From Klebsormidium nitens (Eukaryota; Plantae; Klebsormidiophyceae): a stretch of DNA of 64,000 bases. Numbering within the stretch: the first letter of the stretch is position 1; every line of letters starts with the position of its first letter. Position numbers and translations under genes: made by a program. Location: contig DF237053.1 of assembly GCA_000708835.1 (NCBI GenBank), positions 124,001 through 188,000 of the forward strand, given 5' to 3'. Positions 48,221-60,952 of the stretch are shown here, one piece after another. The notes under the pieces are model-generated. The model worked only from the letters and a program-made list of their open reading frames with translations, searched no databases and was not told the DNA's origin.

Positions 48221-51200
48221 CTAATCTCGCACACTCGTGCGGAGAATCTTCACGTCTTGCACCGGTCTAGAAGTGACGCAAGAAAACAAGGGAATCAGGA
48301 TGCTGTAGAAATCCACCGGCAACGACTTACACTGCTCCGATAACATAGCGCTTTGAGACAACCGCGAGCAGGTAATTGTCCGAAAGGCATGGATCCAACG
48401 CAGAGAATAACCTTCGAACGAGAAAGGAGGAGATATGCTTGTTGTGAGAATCGCTGCAGTACGACCTACCAAACGATTCTTCGACAGCAAAATGCGAAGT
48501 GCCTTGAGTTGAGAACATACCTATCGTTTCTGTCCGTTTGCACCGTCCCCAGCTTCTTCACGTTCTCCATGCCTACATAGAAGTACTAGCAACGTCAGTA
48601 AGGTGTGGACACCGGACGAGGACATCAGCTGCGTGTTCTGACGCTGACGAACGGAGCTACTGCCCAAGCCCAGCGCCCCAAGCACTTCAGGCAACTCGGA
48701 TGGGAAGGAAGACATCCATTTTCGACCAAGAAAAGCGACCAAAAAGCATGATGGTCAGTCTTCTATCTTTCAATCCTGGCCACGACACATTCTTAAGTTG
48801 CATGCTGGAGTAGGGTTCCAGATGTATTTGCGTGGTTAGAAGAGCGGGAGATTGGACGGGCAAGAGAGCTCCAAATTTCCTCGTAAGAACACGAGGCTTG
48901 CTACACACACGCGCTACGTCGGCAAGTGCCAAATGCCGCTGGAATGAAAGACGTGAGTTCGTAGCGACCGCCACAACCGAACATCGAACAACAAGAGCAA
49001 AGACAAAAGGGCGAGGGGAATGCATCTCACCTTGACTGACTCTCCCAAAGATTGTGTGCTTCCCTGCAGGTAAGCCAAGTTCGCGGTCACTAATTTGACT
49101 TGAAATTGACGTACATATGACCTCACAACGTCACGAGACCCAGCGCCGGTGCCAGCAGCGCGTGGGCGTCGAAACAAGCCGAAAAAGGGCGAGCCTTTAG
49201 AACATCTAACATCAATTCGAGTTTTGGACTCTGGGGGCAGGCCTGAGAAGAACTGGAAGTTCGTGTTGGGTCCCGCACTCGCCATGCTCGAACCTCAATC
49301 CAACATCCTGACGTCAGCGAAGGGTGGAACAACGTCAGCCAGGGGCTCACCGTCGAGCCAGGGCGTGGGGGCGAGCGTGATGAACCGTTGGTGTTGGGTT
49401 CTGCGTTCGAAATCCTCAAAATGCTTCAATCAAACCTCTGACGTCAGCAAAGGGGCGAAGTGACGTCAGCAAGGGGCTCACCGTCGAGCCAGGGCGTGGG
49501 GGCGAGCGTGATGAAGAATTGTGAGCCGTTCGTGTTGGGCCCCGCGTTGGCCATGCTCAGGATTCCTGCGCCCGTGTGCTTCAGCTCTGGACTAATCTCG
49601 TCCTCGAACTTGGCCCTGGAAGCAGGGTCACCAATTGCGTTGAATTAGGAGCAAGTGTTGCAGGGTTTTAGAATCTGGTCGGAGGCCAGCGGAAAACAAG
49701 GTCGAGAATGGATTACTTTCCAACGGTAGGCGGCGTGCTTCAGCTCCGGGCTAATCTCGTCCTCGAACTTGGCCCTGGAAGAAGGGTTTAAAGTTTTATG
49801 CAATTGCGAATCAGGACGGTCGGAAGTCGGAGGACGGAAACGAGGCCAAGGACGGACTCAGTTCTGAGAGCGAGTCGTTGTGCTATCAGCTCCTTGTTGT
49901 GAACGCCTTTGAAATAAAAGAAGAGGCAGGACTCATTAATGCATCCTCAGCCCCGGACTGATCTTGTTCGCTAAAAATGCCATGACGCAACCAAAGCAAT
50001 TGGATGTAGGCTTAGTATGGAACTGGAAGTTCGGGTCAGATGTCAGTGGCAAAACTGCGCTGTGACCTACACGGATTTCAAAGCGAGATGGTGTATCCGG
50101 CTGATTGATCGCCCCAGAACTTGGCTTTTAAGAGGCAAAATCAGAATGCAATATGGTGGCTAGGATGGTTGAGGGAAAGAAAGCGTGCCAACTGTGTTGT
50201 GGATCCAGAGGGTAACTCTGTTTCTGAATGCCAAGCGCCGTGCTTCACGATAAGATAAGTGTCCTCCGACAAGAGCACAAGTGAGTCTGCACTCTGACGG
50301 AAGGGCGCGCAATTGGTTCAAGAGAGTGAAAAGCGCGTTGCAATCTGCACGTTGTTTGGTCTCAACATCGGACGTTTGCCTGCCCTATGTGACGTTTTGT
50401 TCTCCATGAGCAACATATGGCGTCCATCCAATCAGACGGCCTTAAATGGCACCCGATGGAAAGAAATTCTTTCGAAAGCCCGCCCAGCCTTTCTTCAATT
50501 CAAGGAAAGGGGTCATCGCCCGAATGCAGACAAATCAAGGTCCAAATTTTTCAGGGAGACCAAAAGACCTCATAAGTATCTTACCCATAGACACATTGAA
50601 TGTGGTTTAGGCAAGGCTTAAGTATGCGGCTCAACAACAGCGCATGCTTTGTTGAACAAGGTCGTGCTTGAGGAGGAAGTAACACGATGGGCAGAAGAGA
50701 GAACGAAAGATGATAGGAGGGCTTATCTAAAGGCGAATTGATCAGTCAACAAGCTTAACGGACGCGTCGCCTCAGAGAGAAGATTAGGATTTTGCAGTCA
50801 TGGCTCCGAGGAGCTACTCTGACACACACAATGATGTCATCACAGGCGACGCGTGCATCCAACAAGTAACGGGTAGTGTATCTGCAGTCTCTGAAGCGGG
50901 TTTCAAGCAACGTTCACGCCGAGAATGAATCACCAGGCATAGGCACCAAGACAGACACCAGCGATGCTAAGAGAGGACACATTGCCTAGAATTCTATGAT
51001 GGATTACTCGCTTCGTTAAAGAGGAACAGTAAAGGAAGGTTCAATTTGAGCTGAAGCTCGAGCTCAAAGGAACAAGGAGGCTGCAAGATTGCTTTGGCAG
51101 GCCAGAATATGATTGAACTTTCTCCGGGAAAGTTTCTAGATCACCAGAATTCAGTCAGCAATTGTCTTGGTTGACCAACCGTTTATCCATCCATCGCTTT

Positions 51201-52367
51201 CAGGCAGCAGAGAAACGCTGCTAATCACTGCATCTTGTCTTGGCAGCGTATAATCCCAAACAATTATGACAATGGACATAGACGATCACAGTCAAAACCC
51301 TTCTCATTGCTTGTTGGTGATTTTAATAACGACGGCAGGCCAAGATCACTCACCCGTAGATTGACTCTCCCCCTCTGCCTGTGCCCGTTGGATCACCCCC
51401 CTGGATCATAAAGTTCTGCAAAGGGACGGGATACGAGTGCACAGTTAGCACTGGCATACAGTTCCAAAGACAAGCCCAACTAACACACGGTCAAAAGATT
51501 CAGATACGGAGAATGCTCATGAAAATATCAAATGAACTCAGATGTTCTGACAGAATAGACTTTGGATACCGAAATAGGAAGGATGATGCCACCGAGAGTG
51601 GTGGTGCAATTACCAGGGAGAGTGCAGATTGCAGTGTTCAATTCTTCCGAGATGCTGGACAATGATCACGCTCAGAACCATGTGACGTCCTCTCTTAGGG
51701 TGGGACCTCTCCAATGCTGAGAGGCCTAATAAGCATGTGTGCCTAACTAACATAGAGTTGACCATGCGCAATCTTTTGTGCTGAACGCACTATGTACGCC
51801 CCAACTCAATCCACCGTTAAGTAAGCCGAGTCCCTCGCTGATTGTGTTCCAACTTGCTGTTCCAACTAGCGCAAAATGCCAGTTTAGAGGAACACCACCT
51901 CTCAATCACTGTGGGCATGATGATGTGATCCAGACGCAAATGACTATGCTGATTTGTTCAAATGTATGAGCAAATCGTGCATGCCTATCAGAAAAAAGGG
52001 TGGTGTAGCATTTTCAAGTCCATGTAGGTGCAACAACAGTCCCTGCTCCATTCACTGAGGACATTGCCCGATAGCTGCGATTTGTTCTGAAATGGATCTT
52101 ACATACTCGGCAGATGTGAAGCGGACCTTGCCTGAAGGTGGCAGGGTTTATTGCTGGTGGTCGTGTCAGAAGAAGAAGCTGTCCTAACAAGCCGATTGCT
52201 GAAAGACTTACTGGTATGATCCTGTGGAACTTCACATCATCGTAGTAGCCCTTCCGCGACAGCTCCACGAAGTTCCGCACCGTCTTCGGGGCATGCTTGT
52301 CATACAGCTCTATCGTGATAGGCCCCACAGATGTCTCCAGGGTGACCTCGGGCGAACTGCTAGCCAT
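48221..52367 (-). CDS. PPIL1: Cyclophilin-type peptidyl-prolyl isomerase, PPIL1/CYP18-like, 6 exons
   Basis: [15 protein letters not shown]...FHRIIP (52367-52212) | [21 protein letters not shown] (about 51415-51354) | AKFEDEI...[26 protein letters not shown] (49615-49482) | KHTIFGRV | [14 protein letters not shown] | [15 protein letters not shown]. Confidence 0.95.
49250..49790 (-). repeat. Degenerate copies of the ends of cyclophilin exon 3 in both flanking introns
   Basis: Acceptor plus 5' end (ccag|ggccaagttcgaggacgagattagc...gagctgaagcac) is copied at 49731-49790. 3' end plus donor (catcacgctcgcccccacgccctggctcgacg|gtgagcccc) is copied at 49340-49417. A third partial copy lies at 49250-49290. 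Confidence 0.92.
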
Positions 52368-52725
52368 TGGCGCGGAGGGAATTGCAAAGGTGGTGCAAGG
52401 TGTGCTAGACGATGATGCAGTGGTGCAATCAAAGCAGGGTAATAGAGAGGAGAAAGAAGGGAGAGAGAAGGATTTATGGCGCCCAAGAGCGAACTGACAA
52501 TTTGAAAGAGTCAATGTGGCATGCACGAATTCCGTTTTCACACAGGAGCCTCCTGAGGAGGTTGTGTGAGGTTGTGAAAAACTACAGACCCTTCTGCGGC
52601 CACTACAGCCGGGGGGTGTGAATAGGCATCTGTCAATCCCTCGAAGGCTTTGAATTAGTCAAATCGTGCATGGGCTGGGACAAACTTGGTTTTCAGATCA
52701 GCTGCTCTTCAACGTTTGGGCAACC

Positions 52726-55700
52726 ATGGCGACTTTCTTCCCCCAGAGAGCTGCCTCTTTGCAATCTCTGCACCACAACGTTTCGGCTCTGAGCCAGCCA
52801 CTGCAACAAACAGCAGGTTCGTCAACCACAACAGCTGCTTCCCTTTCCTTCCAAACCTGCCACGCCTGCAAGCGAAGCTTTCTGACACCACAATTTCTTA
52901 GTGTGTTTTCATTAGATTCTCGGAGAAACAGGACGAAATTTGGGGTGCCAAAGTTAGCAGGTCATGGGGCTAGGCGAAAGGAACATAATCAATTGGGATT
53001 GGCTGTTCGTGCACTTCAAAACGAAGGAGAAGCGTTGGAGAAAGTGCGGAGCCAGCTTGAGGAGCAACTCAGCAAAAGCAGTCCGACAGTGGGAGCAGAA
53101 GCAGGAAAAGCAGGTAAGAGCCGGAGCATTGTGAAGGGTGGCGTGGAGAAGCTGATAAACTTCGAGTGAAGGATGAGCGTATCCTTGCAAAACAGGGGCA
53201 CGTCTGGCATGCAAATGATCCAAAGATGTAGATTATGCTGTAACTTGTTTTCAAGGAGTTTCTACTACTAGCGTTTAGCTACAGAATAGGATTGTAGAAG
53301 CTTATCCTATTGAACAAGCTGAGACGCTCCTTCTGCCCCAGGCCCCAGATGCATCAATCACGTAATTCACAGCGCATGCGTTTAGAAAAGGTCGCATATG
53401 CCCCTGAGTTGTTGCCTCTTTCTTGGAATTGCCCCTGAACTACATATTCTTGCCAGCAGCCGTCCTGTGCGAAATCTTCAAGTGCAATTAGCACCGAGAT
53501 TGCCATCTAACATCTTTCTGCGGAGGTTGCAGGGTTTGACAAGTGGCCACAGCTGCTCCTCATTCTGTTTGCAATCGGCACCGTTTCGGGCCCTCTGCTA
53601 GATGGTATCCACAGCGTCACGGGGCTCCAGGTCTATGACGATGGGGCCATTGAGTTGGGGAGCGGGAAGTATCTGCTGAAAACAGACATCTGGGTACGCA
53701 ATTTAGGTCCTTCTTCTCTGCGCAGCTTTGGGCCCTTGCGAGTTGCTTTATTGAGTACGTTTTAGATATGGACTCAGACTCAAGCTTAGAAAGCAATTAA
53801 GGATAAACTTGAGCTGTAACAACTTCAGATTTCATTATCAATCTGGAAATTCAGTGTACCAAAAGGTACTCATGCTCTCTTGAGGCACATGTCTGACTCG
53901 TTTTCAAATTTTCTTTGAGGCTTTGGCCTTAGAGAGGGCTAAAAAAAGCTGTGGCAAGTCTTGCCTCACATCAGATTACCAGGAAATGAACTGTGAAGGT
54001 TTTCTTTTTTTCAGTTCTCCCTACGCTCTCAATAAAGTCGAATTCCCTTCTTCTGAACTCTGCCTTCTCGTTGAAACAAGATTGGTCGTTGGACAGCCAA
54101 AAACCCCTTCTCTTCTCTGCTTAACCATCAGTAAAGTTTGGCTGACATCAAGTTGGCATAGTAGTCCTACCTATCTGCGACTCTCAGTCTGGCAACCCCT
54201 GTCAGGTGTACCATCCCCGCTAGAATGTCAACACTTTTCTCCCCCTTGTCAATCCAGGTTTTTCCCTTGCTCGGAGTTTTCTACGCAGTTGTCGGCGGAC
54301 TATACCCCCTCCTAGACGACATATTCACACCAAAGGCCCTGGAGAAAACTGATGCGCCAGACGAAGAGCCTGATGTGTCGGGATACGGTGCAGACTGGGG
54401 TTTGAAGGGGGATCCGAAAGCCAAGGAGCTGCCGCCCTGGCTAGAAGTGGCCCCCCCTTTTCAATTCATGTGAGACCTGGGGCCTTTTTTGGTGTGTTCA
54501 ATCTACTGGGGGTGAGAAGATTGGTCCTTTATTTCGCAAGCCTTGTTTGGGAGGCTGAAAGTGTGAAGCTTGTCATGGATTCAGTCGTCGTCGTAAGGGT
54601 TCAACCCGTGTTGGGAGGGTATGATTGCAGAAATCCTCATATTGTCCAGTGGTTGTTGTATCCATTTGACCTGTGTCACAGTCCTTAAGATCATGGAACG
54701 TTCCAGAGCGGAAAGGTAGAGTCCCATGGAAGGAAAAGGCAAGGAAGAGCGATTGGCAGAACCGACAATTGATCAGGCAAGCGTTATGCACGGTTAGGAT
54801 AGAACCAGGGCCGAACTTGTTACGCACCCCGACGGCAGGGTCCTCGTGAGAGAGTTTTTGGCGGTTTGCTATTCTGCAGTTCAAAACATGTATGGAGAAA
54901 AGACCAGTGCAGAAAACTGACCTTGCAGGAATTGCCTGCGTATGTACTCCCGCTGTCTGATGCTCTTTCAAAAGCCTGGCCCCGGGTTCGGGCCCTTCTG
55001 AATCATAACATCGTTTTGAACAGTGTCGAGGCCAGGCGAAGACAAAAACGAGTCGGAAGCATCGAACCACCAGAACAGATGAAACCAAGGACTATTCTTG
55101 CACAGAAGAAGTGGAAAGGAGGAGTTTTCTCTTATGCTCTGACGTTGAATTAAACCAGTGGGCTCACGTGAGCGCGCTCATGCCGCGTTAGTTAGCACCC
55201 CCAAATCACAACTGATCAAAGATGATGTCAGCCTGACGTTGCACGCCTCCAATTCCTCTGCCTCCGCCCCGTTTGCAGGTTCCTCGCCTTCCTCCTCTCA
55301 GGCAGCGCCTTCCTGTACCGCACTGACATCAGCTATGACGTCATCTGGCTGGTCTTGGCGGGTTCCTGCGTCGGCTGCTGGGCCGCCCTGGATTCCACGT
55401 GGTGGGGCTTCCTGCTCGCGGCCGCGTGCGCGGTCGTGGCGCCTGGAGCGGAGCTGGTTCTGAACAAGTGAGCAGGATAGTATTCTTCTGAATGAAGCAG
55501 TAAAAGTCGCATGTTTCATAGTTGTCCAATCATGCAACGGTCGCGACGCACGGGGCGGAGGAGGTTTTAAACAGGCGAGCGCGTGGTTTGGGGAAGCAGC
55601 GGAAAGTGTTCAGTGTTCGCGTTCGTGTAATTCAACGATTGCACGAGGAAAGAGGGAGGGGCTCGAGGGAAGCAGTCCCTCCGTCGCCCATCAGGAGACA

Positions 55701-57285
55701 GGTGCACTTCTTTGAGAATATTAAAGCTCTTACTTGTATCTCTTCGAGCATGCGGGGCTGTCGATTGTTGGTTGGATCACCGGGACTGTTTTGTGGACAT
55801 AACGAAGACGACACGAAGGGCGAGCGAATCAGGTTGAATTAGTTTGCTCTAGTCGGAACGTCGTCGTTAGATATTGACTGGTCCTAGATCTCCGTGACTG
55901 TCCATTCCGGGCCAGCTCCCGTCGCTTTTGCGGCAAAGGTCGGTTTAAATAAATGCTTACACTTTGTGGTTCGACCCGATCTGATGTGGCTTCCCGCATT
56001 GAATACGTTCGAAAGAGTGCCCATCCAGGAGATTTGTGTCTAGAAAGAACACTCTCAAAAAACAATGTCAATTTTCACTTTACAAGAAAGGCTCGACTGA
56101 GGCTGAGCGTCAATCTACCTCTGATAGTAGCTTCTTTACGGAAAAGGCGCATGACAATCTCTGAGGACGGGAGCCGGAGAACCTGTCTAGAGCTTCGGTT
56201 GCACGCTTCCACTTCCGCCGAAAGTCATCTTGTTGGATATACCGATAGCTTGGGGTCATCGTTCCGGTCAACGTTCTACTTTCGTCTCGCTCTGGTTCAA
56301 CTCGGCTCGATGTACCGACTCTTCGACGAAACACCGTTGTCGTCATCAACACGTCTTATCAATGCTCGATACCACCATTCAAACAAGCTCGCAAGACAGA
56401 CGCCAGCTCTTTTCTCCTTGGTCAAGCTCTTCCCGCCTGCCGTGCTGACACCCTCCTCTGCACACGCGCAGTTTCTTCCATTTGTGGCACTACCCCCGAG
56501 CCGACGTCTTCATCGCAGGCCAGGTGCGCGGAACGGCGAACTTTTGATTAATCATTATTCTGTTAATGACGCTTGCAGCGCGGCACGGATGCTGATGCTT
56601 CCCCTTTGAACGTCTGCTGCTCTGGTCGGGACGGTTGTCGAAGTGAGATCAGAACTCGAAAACTGTGTTAGAACTCGAGACTCCGTGGTTGAACCCGGAA
56701 TCGTGGTAGAATTTGAAACTTGTGGTAGAACTCGGACGGACGTCCGGTCGGCCTTTACAATTGAACGCAGACCTTCGCAATGCTGGGCCACGTTCAGCCC
56801 CTTGACGTGACCGGAAGACCAACGCCGTTACTGCAACTCCCGATCAGCAGAACGCTCATACGCCTTGTGCGTGTCATGGTGCACCTTCTGAATTCTCAGT
56901 GGCTATTTGGGTATTAGCTACACTCTTTGCCCGCTATGTGGGGCGCTGCGAGCAGACTTCTTTCTCACAGGCTGTAGAGTCCATTGTCAATAGCATACAG
57001 GTACTCGTCGGAGCTGAGCTTACGTGGACAGGTCCTTTTAAATATTGGCACGTTTCCAGTGCACAACGCGGAAATTCTTGTCGAATGTTGAGGCTGCTGT
57101 TCGGTGCTTGATCCGCAGACATGCTGAAGTTGCTTGTTTCACTTGGAGACGGAGCTTTCTCGCCAATGTTGCAGGGGGTGGTGTCCTGGGTTGCTCTGTG
57201 CTACTTCTTCTATTGCCCTCCGCTAGGCAACCTTGGAAGGTTCTTGAAAGCACACCTTCAAGGTCAGCTTCCTTTGAAAAGATAG
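52726..57285 (+). CDS. Chloroplast-targeted multi-pass membrane protein (plant family sometimes annotated INSIG-like)
   Basis: Transit-like exon 1, then LFAIGTVSGPLLDGIHS, VFPLLGVFYAVVG, WAALDSTWWGFLLAAACAVVAPGAEL, FFHLWHYPRADVFIAGQ, GVVSWVALCYFFY...*. Matches my recollection of an uncharacterised land-plant family. Confidence 0.75.
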
Positions 57286-59952
57286 GTCGAAAAGATACTT
57301 AGCATACCGCTACTCATTAAGAACCATTCACAGTATTGACTTCTTTGCCGCTTTGCAATCACGTCCTGTGAAAACCTGGAGACGGCCGCTGAAACAGGAT
57401 TAGTGGGCACCAACGTTATGATTATTTGGCTGCCGGCATCGGCATGAGGAATCGAAATTTGTCACCAACGTTGTGCAAACCGCAAGGTTCTTTCAATGGC
57501 ACTTTGTTGCGACTGCGCGCTAGAGCTGAATGCTGCGTCGCTTTGTTCACATCATGGTGGCCCCATGGAACATTTAGTGTGAATTGAGAAAGGAACTCAA
57601 CGAAAAAGTTAATTGGTTTGGCCAGCACACTTAGGTCAGCAGGCTTATCTTCGATCGCCTTTCACTCGTCAAATGTAAGCGGCATGTATGAACATTAGAG
57701 CGCTTTCTTCCACGGCCCGGCTGCGCACGGGCAGCCTAAGCTGAGATTGAGATTCATGCTCTTCTGCATTCCCTTGTGAATGCATACTAAAGTTTGGACT
57801 AATAAGGATGCAGCTTGGAATCGAGCTTTTTGAATGATCAAAATCACGTACTTCATTTGAGAACACCTGCTGATTACAAATCGAACGCGATCGTATTGAA
57901 TGGGTGGGCGGATCCTCAGCATCGTGCAAACCTATAATTGTTGAGTACTTTCGCAATAGTCAGCTGCGCAAATGTCAAATTAAAACCCCGAATCTCTTCC
58001 GCATCTTCAAATCGATCCATTTAGTAAAGCATCTCACTTTCAAAAGCATGTGACTATCTACCTATAGCTACTGTAGGTACCTACCCCCGAATGTGCAATA
58101 GATGCGATTATTCGGAACTTCCTCGATGCCATGCAAACTTCCACTTTGCCATTTTCCAATTTTCATGATTGCTCGAGGGCTCATGACTAATTACGGTATG
58201 CAGAACGGGCCCGAGATGTACGGCGCCCGAGATTGGCGGCGCCGCTAGGCGGCGTACCCGCGTTCGGATTTGAACGGCGGCTGGTTAGCAATCCGGCCGT
58301 TCGATGAGATCTTCCAAGTGTACGGTTGGACCTATCTGCGCCGCACCTTGAGATCTTCTGAGCATCCAACGGTACAGAAGACATGTAGCGTGCTGCCTGG
58401 GGTAGGAAACAACAGAACCCAAATGGCTCGAGTTCCCAAAGAAAGTCACAAGTTGGTGAGTGCTTCCTACATCGATTAAAGGTGTCGAGACGCACCAAAC
58501 CGCAAACTTGACCAGGTTTGAAAGAAAGGACGCGAAATTTGAAACTTCGACAATGAACGTTCCAGATGGTGAGCAGGGACCACCTTTCACATCTCGAGCT
58601 GACAACATGCAACAGGTTGGCAGGCAAGAGTCAGTTGGGAGAAAGCGACTTTTGAGAAGCATCCTCTGCTCTTTGAAGTTTGAGCAGGGTGGCCCTTTGA
58701 CTTTGGCAACAGGCTGGCAGCATTGAAAACAGCAACCTCAAGAGAGCCGTTTGCTTTACAGCAGCATCGCTTTAAACAAATAAGAGGAGAGATTGTGCAG
58801 AAGGAGTCCCTAGCTCTGGCTCTTTGTTCCGGAAGACCTATAGAACTTCCACCTTGGTATTAGTGCAATGCTTCAGATGCTTGGCCATGACAGGGAGCAA
58901 ACATCAGTTTAGCGCAATCACTTGAAACTGAGGTTTCACGTTTCGAAAGAAGCCTTCCTGTGGCATAAGAAAGGGGGGCTTTGCTTCTCTGAGAAAGCAT
59001 CCTGGTCGGAGGCAACAAGGAGGCGGCATGTCGGCCCAAATACAGTACTCTGAGAAATATGCGGATGACTGTTACGAATATCGGCAAGTTTCCGTCGCCT
59101 TTCCATCCCTTTGTGAAGCTCTGTGCTGGTAATGTCTTGTTCCAGCTGGTAAGCTGGCGGTAAAATGGTGCTCAAGCTGGTAAAGTGAAGCAGGGCGTCT
59201 TGATGCATTTTAATAGTGTACTTGGGCTTCTCTTGGTTTGGGTGCATGAGCCTTGTCTTTGACAAGAATCTTCTGCTCAGTATTCAGCCTCATGTATTTG
59301 GGGAGCTTCAAGATCTGCAATGCTGTGCTCTGGCCGGGCCTGAAGTCATGCGAAAGAAGATTTGGTAGCTCATAAGCAGACTCATCATTCCACTGGCATG
59401 CTAAGACGACTCCACACATCTTGTATCCAGACTTCATTGAAGCTGGTTGAGTGACAACCTTGGCTGTTGATTGATGGGTCAGGTCGAATCCAAGCATCCT
59501 GTAACTTCCATCTCCTATGGTTACTGAGGGTTCACAGCTGTCACGCATACGCGTAGGCTTCATTTGTGATTGCTTTAGGGGGGCCCATGCATCCCATGAA
59601 TTGGTCACCAAGCGTTCTGGGTGCACCTGATTCCTTACATGGATTCGTTGAAGTTGAGGCTGTTCCTGACACTAAGCTTGCAATGCTGCTAAGAAGAGGT
59701 GGATTTTTGGTGGGTGCATGAAGCATGCATGCTGTACAGACAGCTGGCGCCGGGTCCTGTTTTTGATTGCCATCCTTTTGTTCTTATTAGAAGTGAACAA
59801 CGCTTCGTTCTCTTTTCAGTTGTGATACAAGTGAAGCCTGTCCTAGAACTGCTCTTGGCAGTCAAGCCTTTGAGGACTCTGGTCGAATGAGAGCCTCGAC
59901 CACCACCGTATTTTCTACTGCAGAGGATTGAAGTTATGATGGTCAGTGTTGT

Positions 59953-60179
59953 GGCTTTTTGTAGGATACACGATCTTGGCGGGTTGATGAAGTCAAGGAG
60001 TCTCTCCTGGGGCTTTTCGTAGGATACACGATCTTGGCGGGTTGATGAAGTCAAGGAGTCTCTCCTGGGGCTTTTCGTAGGATACACGATCTTGGCGGTT
60101 GATGAAGTCAAGGAGTCTCTCCTGGGGCTTTTCGTAGGATACACGATCTTGGCGGTTGATGAAGTCAAGGAGTCTCTCC
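59953..60179. repeat. 57-58-bp tandem repeat x4
   Basis: ggcttttcgtaggatacacgatcttggcg(g)gttgatgaagtcaaggagtctctcctgg in four near-identical copies. Confidence 0.95.
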
Positions 60180-60952
60180 GAGGGTGCTCTAGAATACTTG
60201 CATTGCCTTTGCATTGCCAATATGTGTTTGCAGGTGTCCCTTTTTTGGCTTTCATTGAATCTTGGCAAGAGAGTGTGTTGGTGCATGGTCGTCTTTAAAA
60301 AGCCCAATTGAGTCGAGGGGGGAGTTTCTCCGCTTGATGTTCGCTGTCAAGATTGCCTCTCTCCTTGACTGTTGCTTGGCCTTTGCTTGATTGATCGTGG
60401 TTCTCAACAGATTGGACTCGATCAAGGTGTCCATCACTGCTCTTAGACCTTTCTCACTACTTTCTTGTGAGCTACCTACCTTATGGCTTGGTCTTTCTTC
60501 AGTTGCCCCTTCATCGTGGGTTAGCTGGCATTCAACTCAGCGTCTTGACTTGACAAGTTTTGATTATCTGTTCCTTCAGCAAGCAATCACGAGTGGCCCA
60601 TTGTAACCAATCTGGGAAAGCTTAGCCCCGAGTGAAGAGCAGTCAGGAAACATTCTGAGCACAATAAGTTCCAAATCGAGCGTGGTTGACAACAAAAGCA
60701 AGTGCGATTAACGACAGAGGCGCGTAAGGTATAGGGAGCCAAATAGGGTCAAAAGCAAGCGTGGTTAAAAGCAACTTATCCTGTGGACGTAGGCATTGAT
60801 CCTGCCGACGTCATACATGAAGGGATTTAGTGGTTCAAAACAAAGGCAAGGTCTAAGACCAAACTTCAACGTGGTTACACCATAGAGCCAAGCATTTTAA
60901 ACAGGATCAAAATTAAGCGCCATTAACAGAACTTTATCTTGTGTCGGCGCAG

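Noticed and set aside
59953-60179. 4x58-bp repeat as CRISPR or coding repeat
   Set aside because: Contiguous copies with no spacers; the 58-bp units shift the reading frame.
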